NCBI GenBank assembly: GCA_045653035.1 | Contig: JAZOLO010000006.1 | Span: 21,066-85,065, forward strand | DNA length: 64,000 nt | Origin: Eubacteriales bacterium | GTDB taxonomy: Bacteria; Bacillota; Clostridia; Oscillospirales; SIG627 | Reading direction: 5' to 3' | Part shown: positions 9,607-18,509 of the stretch, one piece after another | How the letters are laid out: each line of letters opens with the position of its first letter | How positions within the stretch are numbered: position 1 is the stretch's first letter | Made by a program: the position numbers and the translations under genes | Notes under the pieces: generated by a model | Told to the model about the DNA's origin: nothing | What the model saw: the letters and a program-made list of their open reading frames with translations, nothing else | The model's database searches: none

Positions 9607-10164
9607 ATGACGAAAAACGTAATGATTGTAGGTGTAGGCGGTCAGGGTACACTCCTTGCAAGCCGAATACTTGGTAATACAGTTATAAACGAGGGGTATG
9701 ACGTAAAGGTTTCGGAGGTTCACGGAATGAGCCAGAGAGGCGGAAGCGTTGTAACCTACGTAAAATACGGTGATAAGGTTTATTCTCCCATTGTTGACAA
9801 GGGTGAGGCGGATATTATTCTCGCTTTCGAGCTTCTCGAAGCATATCGTGCACTCCCTTATCTTAAGAAGGGCGGAAAGATTATTGTAAATAATCAGAAG
9901 ATAGACCCCATGCCCGTAATTTCGGGACTTGCTGAGTACCCTGAAAATATCGCGGAAAAGCTTGGTGACGCTACCGTTGTTGACGCACTCTCTCTTGCAA
10001 AAGAGGCAGGCAACACAAAGGCAGTAAACGTTGTGCTCATCGGCGTTATGGCAAAAAGCACCGATATCCCTTATGAAAAGTGGGTAGAAACTATCAAGGC
10101 TACAGTACCTCCAAAATTCCTTGAAGTTAATATCCGTGCTTTTGACCTGGGATACAATCTGTAA
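9607..10164 (+). CDS. iorB: Indolepyruvate:ferredoxin oxidoreductase beta subunit
   Basis: MTKNVMIVGVGGQGTLLASRILG is a gamma-type 2-oxoacid oxidoreductase fold. The ATG lies 1 nt after the iorA stop. Confidence 0.8.
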   Translation: MTKNVMIVGVGGQGTLLASRILGNTVINEGYDVKVSEVHGMSQRGGSVVTYVKYGDKVYSPIVDKGEADIILAFELLEAYRALPYLKKGGKIIVNNQKIDPMPVISGLAEYPENIAEKLGDATVVDALSLAKEAGNTKAVNVVLIGVMAKSTDIPYEKWVETIKATVPPKFLEVNIRAFDLGYNL

Positions 10165-10179
10165 AGGAGGGAGCTTTTT

Positions 10180-11484
10180 ATGTCAATGTGGCAACCCCAA
10201 ATTGAAGCTATGCCGAGAGAGGAGCTTGAAAAGCTTCAGAGTGAAAGACTCGTGGAACAGGTAAAGAGAATGTATGAAAAGGTAGAGCTTTTTAGAAAGA
10301 GAATGGACGAAAAGGGACTTACTCCCTCGGATATCCATGGAATAGAAGATTTACATAAGCTTCCCTTTTCCTATAAACAGGATTTAAGAGACTATTATCC
10401 TTATGGACTTTTTGCAACTCCTATGTCCGAGATAAGACGTGTACACGCCTCCTCGGGTACAACGGGTAAGCAGATTGTTGTAGGATATACCGATAACGAC
10501 CTCGATATGTGGGCTAACTGCTTTGCAAGAATGCTTGCGGCAACGGGTGCCGATGAAAATTCCTTCGTACACGTCGGCTACGGTCTCGGACTCTTTACGG
10601 GAGGCTTCGGTGCACATGACGGAGCTGTTAAAATAGGTGCAACCGTTATTCCCATTTCGGCAGGTAATACCCAGCGTCAGATACAGACAATGATTGACTT
10701 CGGCTCAACGGTTCTTTGCTGTACCCCCTCTTACGCTATGTATCTCGGCGAAGCTATCGAGGAAATGGGCGTAAAGGACAAGCTCAGCCTTAAGGCGGGT
10801 ATCTTCGGTGCAGAGCCCTGGACTGAAGAAATGAGATGTCAGATAGAAGAAAAGCTTAATATCAAGGCATACGATATCTACGGACTTTCCGAAATCATGG
10901 GGCCGGGTGTTTCCTACGAGTGTGAATACCAGTGCGGTATGCACGTTTGCGAGGACAACTTTATTCCTGAAATCATCGACCCGGATACAGGCGAGGTGCT
11001 TCCCAGAGGTGCACAGGGTGAGCTTGTATTCACCACTATTACCAAGGAAGGCTTCCCCCTTATCCGATATAGAACAAGAGATATATGTTCTCTTAACTAC
11101 GAGCCCTGTAAGTGTGGCAGAACTCACGTCAGAATGAAAAAGCCTCAGGGAAGAACCGACGATATGCTCATTATACGCGGTGTAAACGTATTCCCCTCAC
11201 AGATTGAGGAGGTACTCCTTAAGGTTGGCGGTGACGTTACACCTAACTACCAGATTGTGGTAGACAGAGTGAACAACAATGACACCTTTGAGGTTAAGGT
11301 GGAAATGAGCGAGGAGCTCTTCACCGACGGCGTTAAGGGAATTGAGAGAGTAGAAAAGACTATTTCTGAAAACCTTCGTTCAACTCTCGGAATAGGCCCC
11401 AAGGTTACTCTCGTTAATCCCAAGTCAATCGTCAGAAGCGAAGGCAAGGCAAAGAGAATAATAGATTTAAGAAAGCTCAGCTAA
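10180..11484 (+). CDS. paaK: Phenylacetate-CoA ligase family protein (AMP-forming)
   Basis: 434 aa. PaaK-type N-terminus ([16 protein letters not shown]...[16 protein letters not shown]), SSGTTGK, and a C-terminal [10 protein letters not shown]. Confidence 0.85.
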   Translation: MSMWQPQIEAMPREELEKLQSERLVEQVKRMYEKVELFRKRMDEKGLTPSDIHGIEDLHKLPFSYKQDLRDYYPYGLFATPMSEIRRVHASSGTTGKQIVVGYTDNDLDMWANCFARMLAATGADENSFVHVGYGLGLFTGGFGAHDGAVKIGATVIPISAGNTQRQIQTMIDFGSTVLCCTPSYAMYLGEAIEEMGVKDKLSLKAGIFGAEPWTEEMRCQIEEKLNIKAYDIYGLSEIMGPGVSYECEYQCGMHVCEDNFIPEIIDPDTGEVLPRGAQGELVFTTITKEGFPLIRYRTRDICSLNYEPCKCGRTHVRMKKPQGRTDDMLIIRGVNVFPSQIEEVLLKVGGDVTPNYQIVVDRVNNNDTFEVKVEMSEELFTDGVKGIERVEKTISENLRSTLGIGPKVTLVNPKSIVRSEGKAKRIIDLRKLS

Positions 11485-11497
11485 AGGAGGAAGAAAA

Positions 11498-11920
11498 ATG
11501 TTTATAAAACAGCTTTCCGTATTTGTAGAAAACAAAGTGGGCAGACTTGAAGCGATAATTGATACTCTTGGTAAAAACGGCATCAATATGAGAGCACTTT
11601 CCATTGCAGATACAACCGACTTTGGAATACTCAGAGTCATTGTAGACGATACTGACAAGGCAAAGAAAAGCCTTCAGGAAATAGGAGTTATCGCCAAAGC
11701 GACAGACGTTATTGCAGTATATATCGACGATAAGGCAGGAGGACTTGCCGAGGTGCTTTGTGACCTTACAGAGGAGAGCATCGGCGTTGAATATATGTAC
11801 GCTTTCCTTGCACGTGATACCTCAAAGGCACTGATGGTACTTAAAGCCGACGATGAAGAAAAGGCAGAAAAGGTACTTCGCACTAAGGGCGTTGAAATGC
11901 TCGACCCCAAGGATTTATAA
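11498..11920 (+). CDS. ACT-domain protein
   Basis: 140 aa with two ACT-like halves (MFIKQLSVFVENKVGRL...). This is the typical partner downstream of paaK/ior genes. Confidence 0.75.
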   Translation: MFIKQLSVFVENKVGRLEAIIDTLGKNGINMRALSIADTTDFGILRVIVDDTDKAKKSLQEIGVIAKATDVIAVYIDDKAGGLAEVLCDLTEESIGVEYMYAFLARDTSKALMVLKADDEEKAEKVLRTKGVEMLDPKDL

Positions 11921-12005
11921 AAAGATAAGAGAGATAAAGTGGCGTTCAGTTAGGGATGAATTGGTTTTAGAACGCTCTTTTCGGTTAATACTTCACAAAA
12001 AAAAT

Positions 12006-12037
12006 TCCGTAATACGTCAAGTATTACGGATTTTTTT
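12006..12037. terminator. Bidirectional rho-independent terminator ending the T-box operon
   Basis: TCCGTAATAC-GTCAA-GTATTACGGA stem, flanked by an A-run upstream and T7 downstream. Confidence 0.8.
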
Positions 12038-12077
12038 GTGTTTTGTCTTAACACAAAAATATCTGTTCTAAAACTGC

Positions 12078-12196
12078 TTTGCACCCAAAAATTCACAAGT
12101 TCGGATGGAGAACAAGGCGAAAATGCGAAGTAATCCTTTACGGATTACAAGCGTTTTTAACGCAGTTATACGCCGAAATCGTGAATTTTGGGCAAA
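12078..12196. repeat. Pseudo-palindromic intergenic element A
   Basis: Arms TTTGCACCCAAAAATTCACAAGTTCGG (12078-12104) and CCGAAATCGTGAATTTTGGGCAAA (12173-12196). Central hairpin module GAAGTAATCC-TTTA-CGGATTACAAGC (12127-12152). Confidence 0.7.
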
Positions 12197-12320
12197 TAAT
12201 CCCTATGTGAACGCCGCTAAAGAGCTCTCTTTATTTTTGTTAATTGAAAATAAAAAGTGGAAAATTAAGAAAAATTTCCTGTAAAAAATCATGACATCAT
12301 GACATTATGAGACCAAAATC

Positions 12321-12380
12321 ATAATAGTTTTCGTGGAAATAAAAAGGGGGAGTGCTTTTTACAAAAGCATTCCCCTTTGG
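12321..12380. repeat. About 58-nt palindrome-containing repeat, copy 1 (also terminates the minus-strand gene 12387..13664)
   Basis: ATAATAGTTTTCGTGG...AAGGGGGAGTGCTTTTTACAAAAGCATTCCCCTT closely resembles 52803-52860. On the minus strand the hairpin is followed by T5. Confidence 0.7.
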
Positions 12381-12386
12381 AATTTT

Positions 12387-13664
12387 TTAGTCATTGAAAA
12401 TAGGCGTGTCGGGATCGTCAACGATAACGTCAAGTGAGTATTTTCCGGTGAAGGGATCATCTCGTCTGAACCATCTGCCTCTTGTGAAGTCAGGAAATTC
12501 AACAGGCTGTGAGCCCTTGTTTATTGAAGCCTCTGAAAGAGGACCGATAGCAAGGAGCGTTGCAGTGTCGTAAGCATCAATGGGTGTTGTAGTTCCTGCC
12601 TTAACGCTTTCTACAAATGCTCTCACAACAAGCCAGTCCATACCGCCGTGACCGCCCTTTTCGCCTGCCTTTACGTACTCGCGGTGAAGGGGATGGTCGT
12701 ACTTTTCATACATTTCCTCCTTGTTGTCGAAGGTCTTGCCCTCGGGCATACCTTCAAGGAAGAAAGTAAATCTTCCTGCTCCGCTTTCTTCGCACATGCC
12801 CTTTGTTCCTCTTATGGTGAACTCACGGCTGTAGAAGGCACGGGGGAGAGTAGTGTCAAGGGTAATTCTTACAGTCTCACCGTTTGCACAGGTGATGATT
12901 GTGTCAACAATGTCACCCTGCTTAAAGTGCTCTCCCGCAAAGGGGTGAGTGTCGGGCACATGATCCTTCATGTAGGTCTCAATGCCTTTTGCTTTTGATG
13001 CAACAGAAACAAGTGATAGAAAGCGGTTTCCGCGGTTAATACCGAGACACTTTGAAATAGGGCCAAGCTCATGAGTAGGATAATTTTCAAGGCATCTGTT
13101 CTTATACTCTGCAAGACGGTAGTGGTCAGTAATGATTTTATCATCTCTTTTAACGAAAAATTCACATTCGTTGAGGTAGTGATGATAAGCGCCGTCTGCA
13201 TGAACGATTTCGCCAAAAAGCCCCTCCTTAACCATACGGAGAGCCATCATTTCGTTTCGTCCGTAGCAACAGTTTTCAAGCAACATAACGGGCACACGAG
13301 TGTTTTCGTATGCCTCTACAAGCTCGTAGCACTCGGAGATATCAAATGCACAGCCAACCTCGATGGCAGTATATTTTCCGGCATACATTGATTCAATAGC
13401 AAGCTTTATTCTTGAATTCCAGCCTGTCATAATAAAGACAGCATCAATTTCTTCTATCTTAAGAACTTCTTTGTAGTCGGTGGTACAAAAGGGCTCGGGG
13501 CGTCCCTTTGATATAAGCATATTCTTTGTCTTTTCTATTTTTGCAGGGTTAAGGTCGCATATTGCCACAACCTCAACGTCACTCATTTCGGATACGCAAG
13601 GCTCCATAACGTAATAACCACGTCTTCCAAGACCTATGTAACCAATTTTAATTTTTTCCTTCAT
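12387..13664 (-). CDS. Gfo/Idh/MocA-family NAD-dependent oxidoreductase (possibly GH109-like)
   Basis: N-terminal Rossmann motif KIGYIGLGRRG. 425 aa. The GH109-like length and architecture is only an impression. Confidence 0.7.
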   Translation of the reverse strand: MKEKIKIGYIGLGRRGYYVMEPCVSEMSDVEVVAICDLNPAKIEKTKNMLISKGRPEPFCTTDYKEVLKIEEIDAVFIMTGWNSRIKLAIESMYAGKYTAIEVGCAFDISECYELVEAYENTRVPVMLLENCCYGRNEMMALRMVKEGLFGEIVHADGAYHHYLNECEFFVKRDDKIITDHYRLAEYKNRCLENYPTHELGPISKCLGINRGNRFLSLVSVASKAKGIETYMKDHVPDTHPFAGEHFKQGDIVDTIITCANGETVRITLDTTLPRAFYSREFTIRGTKGMCEESGAGRFTFFLEGMPEGKTFDNKEEMYEKYDHPLHREYVKAGEKGGHGGMDWLVVRAFVESVKAGTTTPIDAYDTATLLAIGPLSEASINKGSQPVEFPDFTRGRWFRRDDPFTGKYSLDVIVDDPDTPIFND

Positions 13665-13685
13665 AAAGCTTCTCCTAATTTTCTA

Positions 13686-13714
13686 TTGACATATTTTAAT
13701 CTTGTATTTATAAT
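13686..13714 (+). promoter_or_regulatory. Sigma-A type promoter for the AraC-family gene
   Basis: TTGACA-17 nt-TATAAT. Confidence 0.55.
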
Positions 13715-13798
13715 TATAGCGAATACAAAACGTAAGTCAATGGGTTTTAAGGTATATTATTTACGATTTTGGGCATTTGTTGAATTTAGGGGTTTAAT

Positions 13799-14602
13799 AT
13801 GAGAAAAAAGATAAAAAGCTTCGAGGTGGTATTCCCTTTTAAAATAAAAAAAGTTAATACAGCATATGAATTCAAGTGGGACAGTAGCTTTGATTTTGCA
13901 GGAGAATCTCATAACAGCTGGGAGTTTGTTTACGTTATCGATGGTGAGGTTGAGGTAGTTGAGGAGCAGAAGGTATATCGTCTTTGTTCGGGCAACTTTA
14001 TTGCTCATGCACCTATGGAATTTCACAGAATAAAAAGCAGCGGCGGAACAAGCCCTCATTTGTTTGTCTTTTCTTTTGTTCATTCGGGAAGGATGCCCCA
14101 GCGCATCGGGGACGGTATGTTCTTCTTTTCTCCCGAAGAAACAGATGAATACACCGATATTATGAGAGGTATGATAAAAGCACTTTATGAATACGAAACG
14201 GATATCGGCTGTGAAAACGCACTTCTGCTTGAAGCTTTTATAATAAAGCTTTTACGCCGTCACTCACCTCACGACGTTTTTGCCGACTCAAAGTCGGCGA
14301 CGAATTACAGACGCATTATCGAGATAATGCAAAAGGGGCTTTATGAAAACCTTTCCCTTGAAGAAATATCGCAAAAGAGCGCCATGAGCATCAGTACCAT
14401 GAAATCTCTTTTCAGAACCTTTGCGGGTATCGGTCCTAAAACCTATTATTCCAACATGAGAGCCGCCGAGGCAATGAAGCTTTTGGAAAGCGGAAAAAGC
14501 GTTGAGGAAACCTCGGATATACTCAACTTTTCATCTGTGAGCTATTTTTCTTTCTTTTATAAAAAGCGTTTCGGCGAACCGCCGTCAGCCCATAAAAAAT
14601 AA
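13799..14602 (+). CDS. AraC-family transcriptional regulator (cupin sensor plus HTH)
   Basis: N-terminal cupin-like region and a C-terminal AraC HTH (LSLEEISQKSAMSISTMKSLFRTFAGIGPKTYYSNMR). Divergent from the oxidoreductase gene. Confidence 0.85.
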   Translation: MRKKIKSFEVVFPFKIKKVNTAYEFKWDSSFDFAGESHNSWEFVYVIDGEVEVVEEQKVYRLCSGNFIAHAPMEFHRIKSSGGTSPHLFVFSFVHSGRMPQRIGDGMFFFSPEETDEYTDIMRGMIKALYEYETDIGCENALLLEAFIIKLLRRHSPHDVFADSKSATNYRRIIEIMQKGLYENLSLEEISQKSAMSISTMKSLFRTFAGIGPKTYYSNMRAAEAMKLLESGKSVEETSDILNFSSVSYFSFFYKKRFGEPPSAHKK

Positions 14603-14630
14603 CGAGGAGCGATGCTTCTCGTTATTTTTT
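14601..14630. terminator. Bidirectional terminator
   Basis: AACGAGGA-GCGATGC-TTCTCGTT, with T-runs on both strands. Confidence 0.7.
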
Positions 14631-14734
14631 ATTTACTAGGAAATTGCATCGCAATTGCTTGTAACAAATAAAGTCTACCTATTAAATTCGTGAGCGTAGG
14701 CGAACTTTACAATCAGTTGCCGAAGGGACCTTTT

Positions 14735-15859
14735 TTATTTAAATGACTGACTCTGATTTAAGATAAGTGCACTGTAAAGGAATAATACGTCGGCATTCTC
14801 GAAGTCCTCGGGGGTAATGAAGGCACCGATAAAGTGAGAGAATATATAACGTATGTCGATAAGGATAATCTCGGAGTATTCCTCTATCATAAGGGGTGCA
14901 AGACTGCTGGTATAGGAGTCACGGAAAATAATAAGCGTATCCCCTGAGGTGTTCTCGGGATTTTTTATTCTCATAAGGTTAACAGCACCCGATAAGAACA
15001 TTTCGTAAGGGTCCTTTGAAGTGAGCTTTTCCATGTTATAAACAGGCTCAGGCTTTATATTTTCAAGAACACCGTCTGTGCCCTCATAGTTGTAGACAAG
15101 AGCGTTTTCTATTCTGTCGTTTGTAAGATAGGTTATCTTGTCGGGAGGGAGGGGGAGTGATGACTGACCGTAGTAAACTCCGTAAAAGGGAGTATCAAGT
15201 GTAATTTTTTCATATTCGGCAGTGCTTTCTTTGCCCATTGAGGTAAGAAGCTTGTCGGCAACGTCAAGAATTTTATCCTGAGTCCAATGTGTGTCGGTCT
15301 TGTAGTAATCGGTGTAGTCAAGAAGGGGGTAAATGTCGATATATTCCGCAAAATTCACCTTATCCTTTATTTTATCTGCAAGTGCATTGTAGTCGATAGA
15401 GGGATATGACCCTTTATCTGCAAGGGTGTGATTTTTGTCGGGGATAATCGAGAGGTAAACCTTGTCGGTCTTGTCTTTTACGTAGGTGTCAAAAAGATAC
15501 TGAAGCTTCTTTACGGCGTTTTCAAGAGAGACCTCGGAAATCTCATTTTCTATCTTGGAGGCGTAGCCATCGTGGATATAAATGTCATTGTTATCCTTTT
15601 GTGCAAAAACGTAGAATTTCGAGATGGCCTTGAGCGTACGGAAGGCATCACGCATAGGAAATTGGTCGGTAGCGTAGTCCTCAAAATCTTTTGTAAAGTT
15701 ACCCGACAGAATACTGTCAACTGTAACCTTGGGAAACTCCGCAAGCTTTCGCCTTTCGCTGTCCGACATTTCATCCGGCTCTTTAAGCCATGCCCATATA
15801 GACAAACCAAAGAGTGTAACAATGATGAGAAGGGAAGATAAAACGTATTTAATTTTCAT
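14735..15859 (-). CDS. DHHW/AlgX-AlgJ-like (SGNH-type) O-acyltransferase partner, membrane anchored
   Basis: N-terminal TM segment and a TDTHWT motif. Lies immediately downstream of the MBOAT gene. Confidence 0.7.
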   Translation of the reverse strand: MKIKYVLSSLLIIVTLFGLSIWAWLKEPDEMSDSERRKLAEFPKVTVDSILSGNFTKDFEDYATDQFPMRDAFRTLKAISKFYVFAQKDNNDIYIHDGYASKIENEISEVSLENAVKKLQYLFDTYVKDKTDKVYLSIIPDKNHTLADKGSYPSIDYNALADKIKDKVNFAEYIDIYPLLDYTDYYKTDTHWTQDKILDVADKLLTSMGKESTAEYEKITLDTPFYGVYYGQSSLPLPPDKITYLTNDRIENALVYNYEGTDGVLENIKPEPVYNMEKLTSKDPYEMFLSGAVNLMRIKNPENTSGDTLIIFRDSYTSSLAPLMIEEYSEIILIDIRYIFSHFIGAFITPEDFENADVLFLYSALILNQSQSFK

Positions 15860-15871
15860 ATTATTACCTCC

Positions 15872-17269
15872 TTAAAATCTGAAATACAGGAACGGGTTAT
15901 ATGAGCCGTCAACGAGATATGCTGTACAAACAAGAAGAAGTGCTACCACAAAAAGGGGCTCTATTACCGAAAGCACAGAACTAGCCTTTGACTCTGAAAG
16001 CTTTGTATAAAGCTTTTTCGGGAGGGGAGTGGAGCCAATGATACCGAGAGCAAATATAAGAGCGTTGGTGGAAAGCTGATAGAGGGCTGTGTCGTTTACA
16101 AAAGTGTGTCCGCCAAAGCCGAAAAGTCCGAGAATGTCCCTTCCTGCCGTTGCCATGTCGGGGGCATTGAATACCACGAAGCCGAGAATTACGAAAAGCA
16201 TGGTGTAAAGGTGAGCAAGGATTGCATTTTTTTCGATAATGCGTTTTACGAAGAACTTTTCTCCGATAAGGAGTGCTGCATAAATGAGCCCCCACACAAC
16301 GAAATTCCATGCCGCACCGTGCCAAAGACCCGTCAGCATCCACACAACGAGAGTATTTAAAAGCCAACGGCGAGTCTTTACTCTGTTACCGCCGAGAGGA
16401 ATATAAACATAGTCTCTGAACCAAGAGCCAAGTGACATGTGCCAACGTCTCCAAAACTCGCTGATGCTCTTTGAAATATAGGGATAGTTGAAGTTTTCAA
16501 TAAAGTTGAAGCCGAATATTTTGCCAAGACCTATTGCCATATCGCTGTATCCCGAAAAGTCGAAATAAACGTGTATCCCGAAGGCTATGGCGTATATCCA
16601 GAAAAAGAGAACCGATTTATCTGAAGTAGCACGGAAAAGGTCACACACCTCACCCATAATATTCGCCACAAGCACCTTCTTTGAAAGTCCCATAACGAAC
16701 CGTCTTGCACCGAGGTAGAAGTTTTTGAAGGAATGCTCACGATATTCAAGCTCACGGCACACGTCAACGTATCTCACAATAGGACCTGCAATAAGCTGAG
16801 GGAAAAGTGCTACGTAGGTTGCAAAGTTTATAATATTTTTCTGATAAGGAACGTTTCCGCGGTAAACGTCGATGGTATAGCTGAGTATCTGGAAGGTGTA
16901 GAAGCTGATACCGATGGGGAGTGCTATTTTAAGAAAAGGCACAGAAAGCCCCGTTACCGCATTGAAGTTATAAATAAAGAAGTCGGCATATTTGAAAAAG
17001 CCAAGGAGAATAATACTTGATATAACAGAGAGTGAAAGCCAGAGCCTTTTCATTTTTTTAGTTTTTGACTTGTCGATAGCCATACCTAGGAAAAAGCCTA
17101 GGAGAATTGATGCTATCATCAAGAATACGTATTTTGGCTCACCCCAGCCGTAGAATATAAGACTTGCCGCAAGAAGCACGGCATTTTTCAAAAGCTTTGG
17201 TGATAGAAAATATATTATTAAAACAATGGGTAAAAAATAAAAGAGAAAGGGAATACCTGAAAAAAGCAT
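15872..17269 (-). CDS. MBOAT-family membrane O-acyltransferase (AlgI/DltB-like)
   Basis: 465 aa polytopic protein. MBOAT blocks are present (FWRRWHMSLGSWFRDYVYIPLGGNR; catalytic-region H in WHGAAWNF). Confidence 0.85.
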   Translation of the reverse strand: MLFSGIPFLFYFLPIVLIIYFLSPKLLKNAVLLAASLIFYGWGEPKYVFLMIASILLGFFLGMAIDKSKTKKMKRLWLSLSVISSIILLGFFKYADFFIYNFNAVTGLSVPFLKIALPIGISFYTFQILSYTIDVYRGNVPYQKNIINFATYVALFPQLIAGPIVRYVDVCRELEYREHSFKNFYLGARRFVMGLSKKVLVANIMGEVCDLFRATSDKSVLFFWIYAIAFGIHVYFDFSGYSDMAIGLGKIFGFNFIENFNYPYISKSISEFWRRWHMSLGSWFRDYVYIPLGGNRVKTRRWLLNTLVVWMLTGLWHGAAWNFVVWGLIYAALLIGEKFFVKRIIEKNAILAHLYTMLFVILGFVVFNAPDMATAGRDILGLFGFGGHTFVNDTALYQLSTNALIFALGIIGSTPLPKKLYTKLSESKASSVLSVIEPLFVVALLLVCTAYLVDGSYNPFLYFRF

Positions 17270-17295
17270 TGAGTCACCGCCTTTTATGGATTAAA

Positions 17296-17345
17296 AAAGC
17301 AGAATGCTCATGCAGATTAACTGCAGGGGCATTCTGCATTAAAAA
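17296..17345 (-). terminator. Terminator of the sigma/anti-sigma/lipoprotein unit
   Basis: On the minus strand, GCAGAATGC...GCATTCTGC followed by TTTTTT. Confidence 0.65.
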
Positions 17346-17350
17346 ACTTT

Positions 17351-17938
17351 TTAGTTTTTCTTTGCTTCAAAAGTAACTTCGCCTACAACCTCTGCGAAAG
17401 CATCAACGAAGGGGTCGATGGCAATTTCCATTGAGGAGTCAATCATAACGAGCATAACTGTGTTACCTGATGCAACTGTTCTGATAAGGTCTGCTTCAAC
17501 GCACATCCACTTTCTCTGGTCGATGCCGTTCATCATGAGAGTAGCAACTGCATCGGGATCATTTCCTTCCGCAACGCTTACAAGAACGAGAGAATAAGCC
17601 TGAGAGCCCATCATAGACTCGGAAACAACAACGGAGCTTATGCCTTCATTATCTTCAAGACCTGTGTAGTACTGGTATGAGTCAGCGTTGATCATTTCTG
17701 CGGGAATGTTGCCTGTCATGAAAGGCATTGGGTGCTTTTCGTAGATAGCGTTAACTGCTGCTTCAAGCTCTTCTGTGGTGAGCACCTTAACGGACTCTTC
17801 TACGGGAGCATCTTCGCCGTTTTGGTTGTTTTCAACGTTTTCTTTGTTGTCTTCTGCTACGTCGTCCTTTGTGGTACAAGCGGTGAATACAAGGGTAAAT
17901 GCGAGTACGAGTGCGAGTGCGAGAATAAGCTTTTTCAT
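17351..17938 (-). CDS. Lipoprotein (DUF4358-like)
   Basis: Signal peptide with lipobox LVFTAC. The central region resembles the DUF4358 lipoproteins of Clostridia, from memory only. Confidence 0.6.
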   Translation of the reverse strand: MKKLILALALVLAFTLVFTACTTKDDVAEDNKENVENNQNGEDAPVEESVKVLTTEELEAAVNAIYEKHPMPFMTGNIPAEMINADSYQYYTGLEDNEGISSVVVSESMMGSQAYSLVLVSVAEGNDPDAVATLMMNGIDQRKWMCVEADLIRTVASGNTVMLVMIDSSMEIAIDPFVDAFAEVVGEVTFEAKKN

Positions 17939-17961
17939 TTTTCTTTTTTCCTTTCGGTTTT

Positions 17962-18492
17962 TTAATTTGCTTTTTTTATGAAGAAACCATTTGTTTCATC
18001 TTTGGAAATACAATATGTGATTTTTTCCTTTTTGCTTTTGATATTGAGGGTATATTCCTTGCTGTTTTCATTTGTTGACACCGACCAGAAGAAGTCGGTA
18101 TCGTTTTCTATTTCTGTCTTTTGTCCCATATCCTTGCCGTCAATCACGATAAATCCTTCCGAAACGCTAACCTCGGCTTTAGTATCGGTGGTAAGCGTCA
18201 GCGGAACGAGCACTTCGCTTGTAACAGTTCGGGCATACTGGCTCACCGCCATTTCAGCAACAGCAACGGAGTCGTTTTTTAGTGCATCGGAGTTATAGTA
18301 AAGTGCTATGCTTGACGTAGGATAGAAGGTAAAGACAAGAACAAACACCGCACATAGTGCGGCAACGCCGTAGCAGATACCCGCATTTATACGAAATTTC
18401 TTTTGTTCCTTTTCCCTTTCGTTTATAATACGTGCTTTCAGCGTGCTTGGTGCGGCAATTTTTCGGTATGCATCAATTTCCTTTTGATTCAC
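17962..18492 (-). CDS. Single-pass membrane protein, probable anti-sigma factor
   Basis: Short cytoplasmic N-terminus, one TM segment (ICYGVAALCAVFVLVFTFY), and a position directly downstream of the ECF sigma gene. Confidence 0.5.
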   Translation of the reverse strand: MNQKEIDAYRKIAAPSTLKARIINEREKEQKKFRINAGICYGVAALCAVFVLVFTFYPTSSIALYYNSDALKNDSVAVAEMAVSQYARTVTSEVLVPLTLTTDTKAEVSVSEGFIVIDGKDMGQKTEIENDTDFFWSVSTNENSKEYTLNIKSKKEKITYCISKDETNGFFIKKAN

Positions 18493-18509
18493 CGCAAAAC
18501 ACCTCTTTT

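Noticed and set aside
11853-12071. A 72-aa ORF spanning the end of the ACT gene and the terminator
   Set aside because: It overlaps a supported gene and runs through a bidirectional terminator hairpin. It has no RBS.
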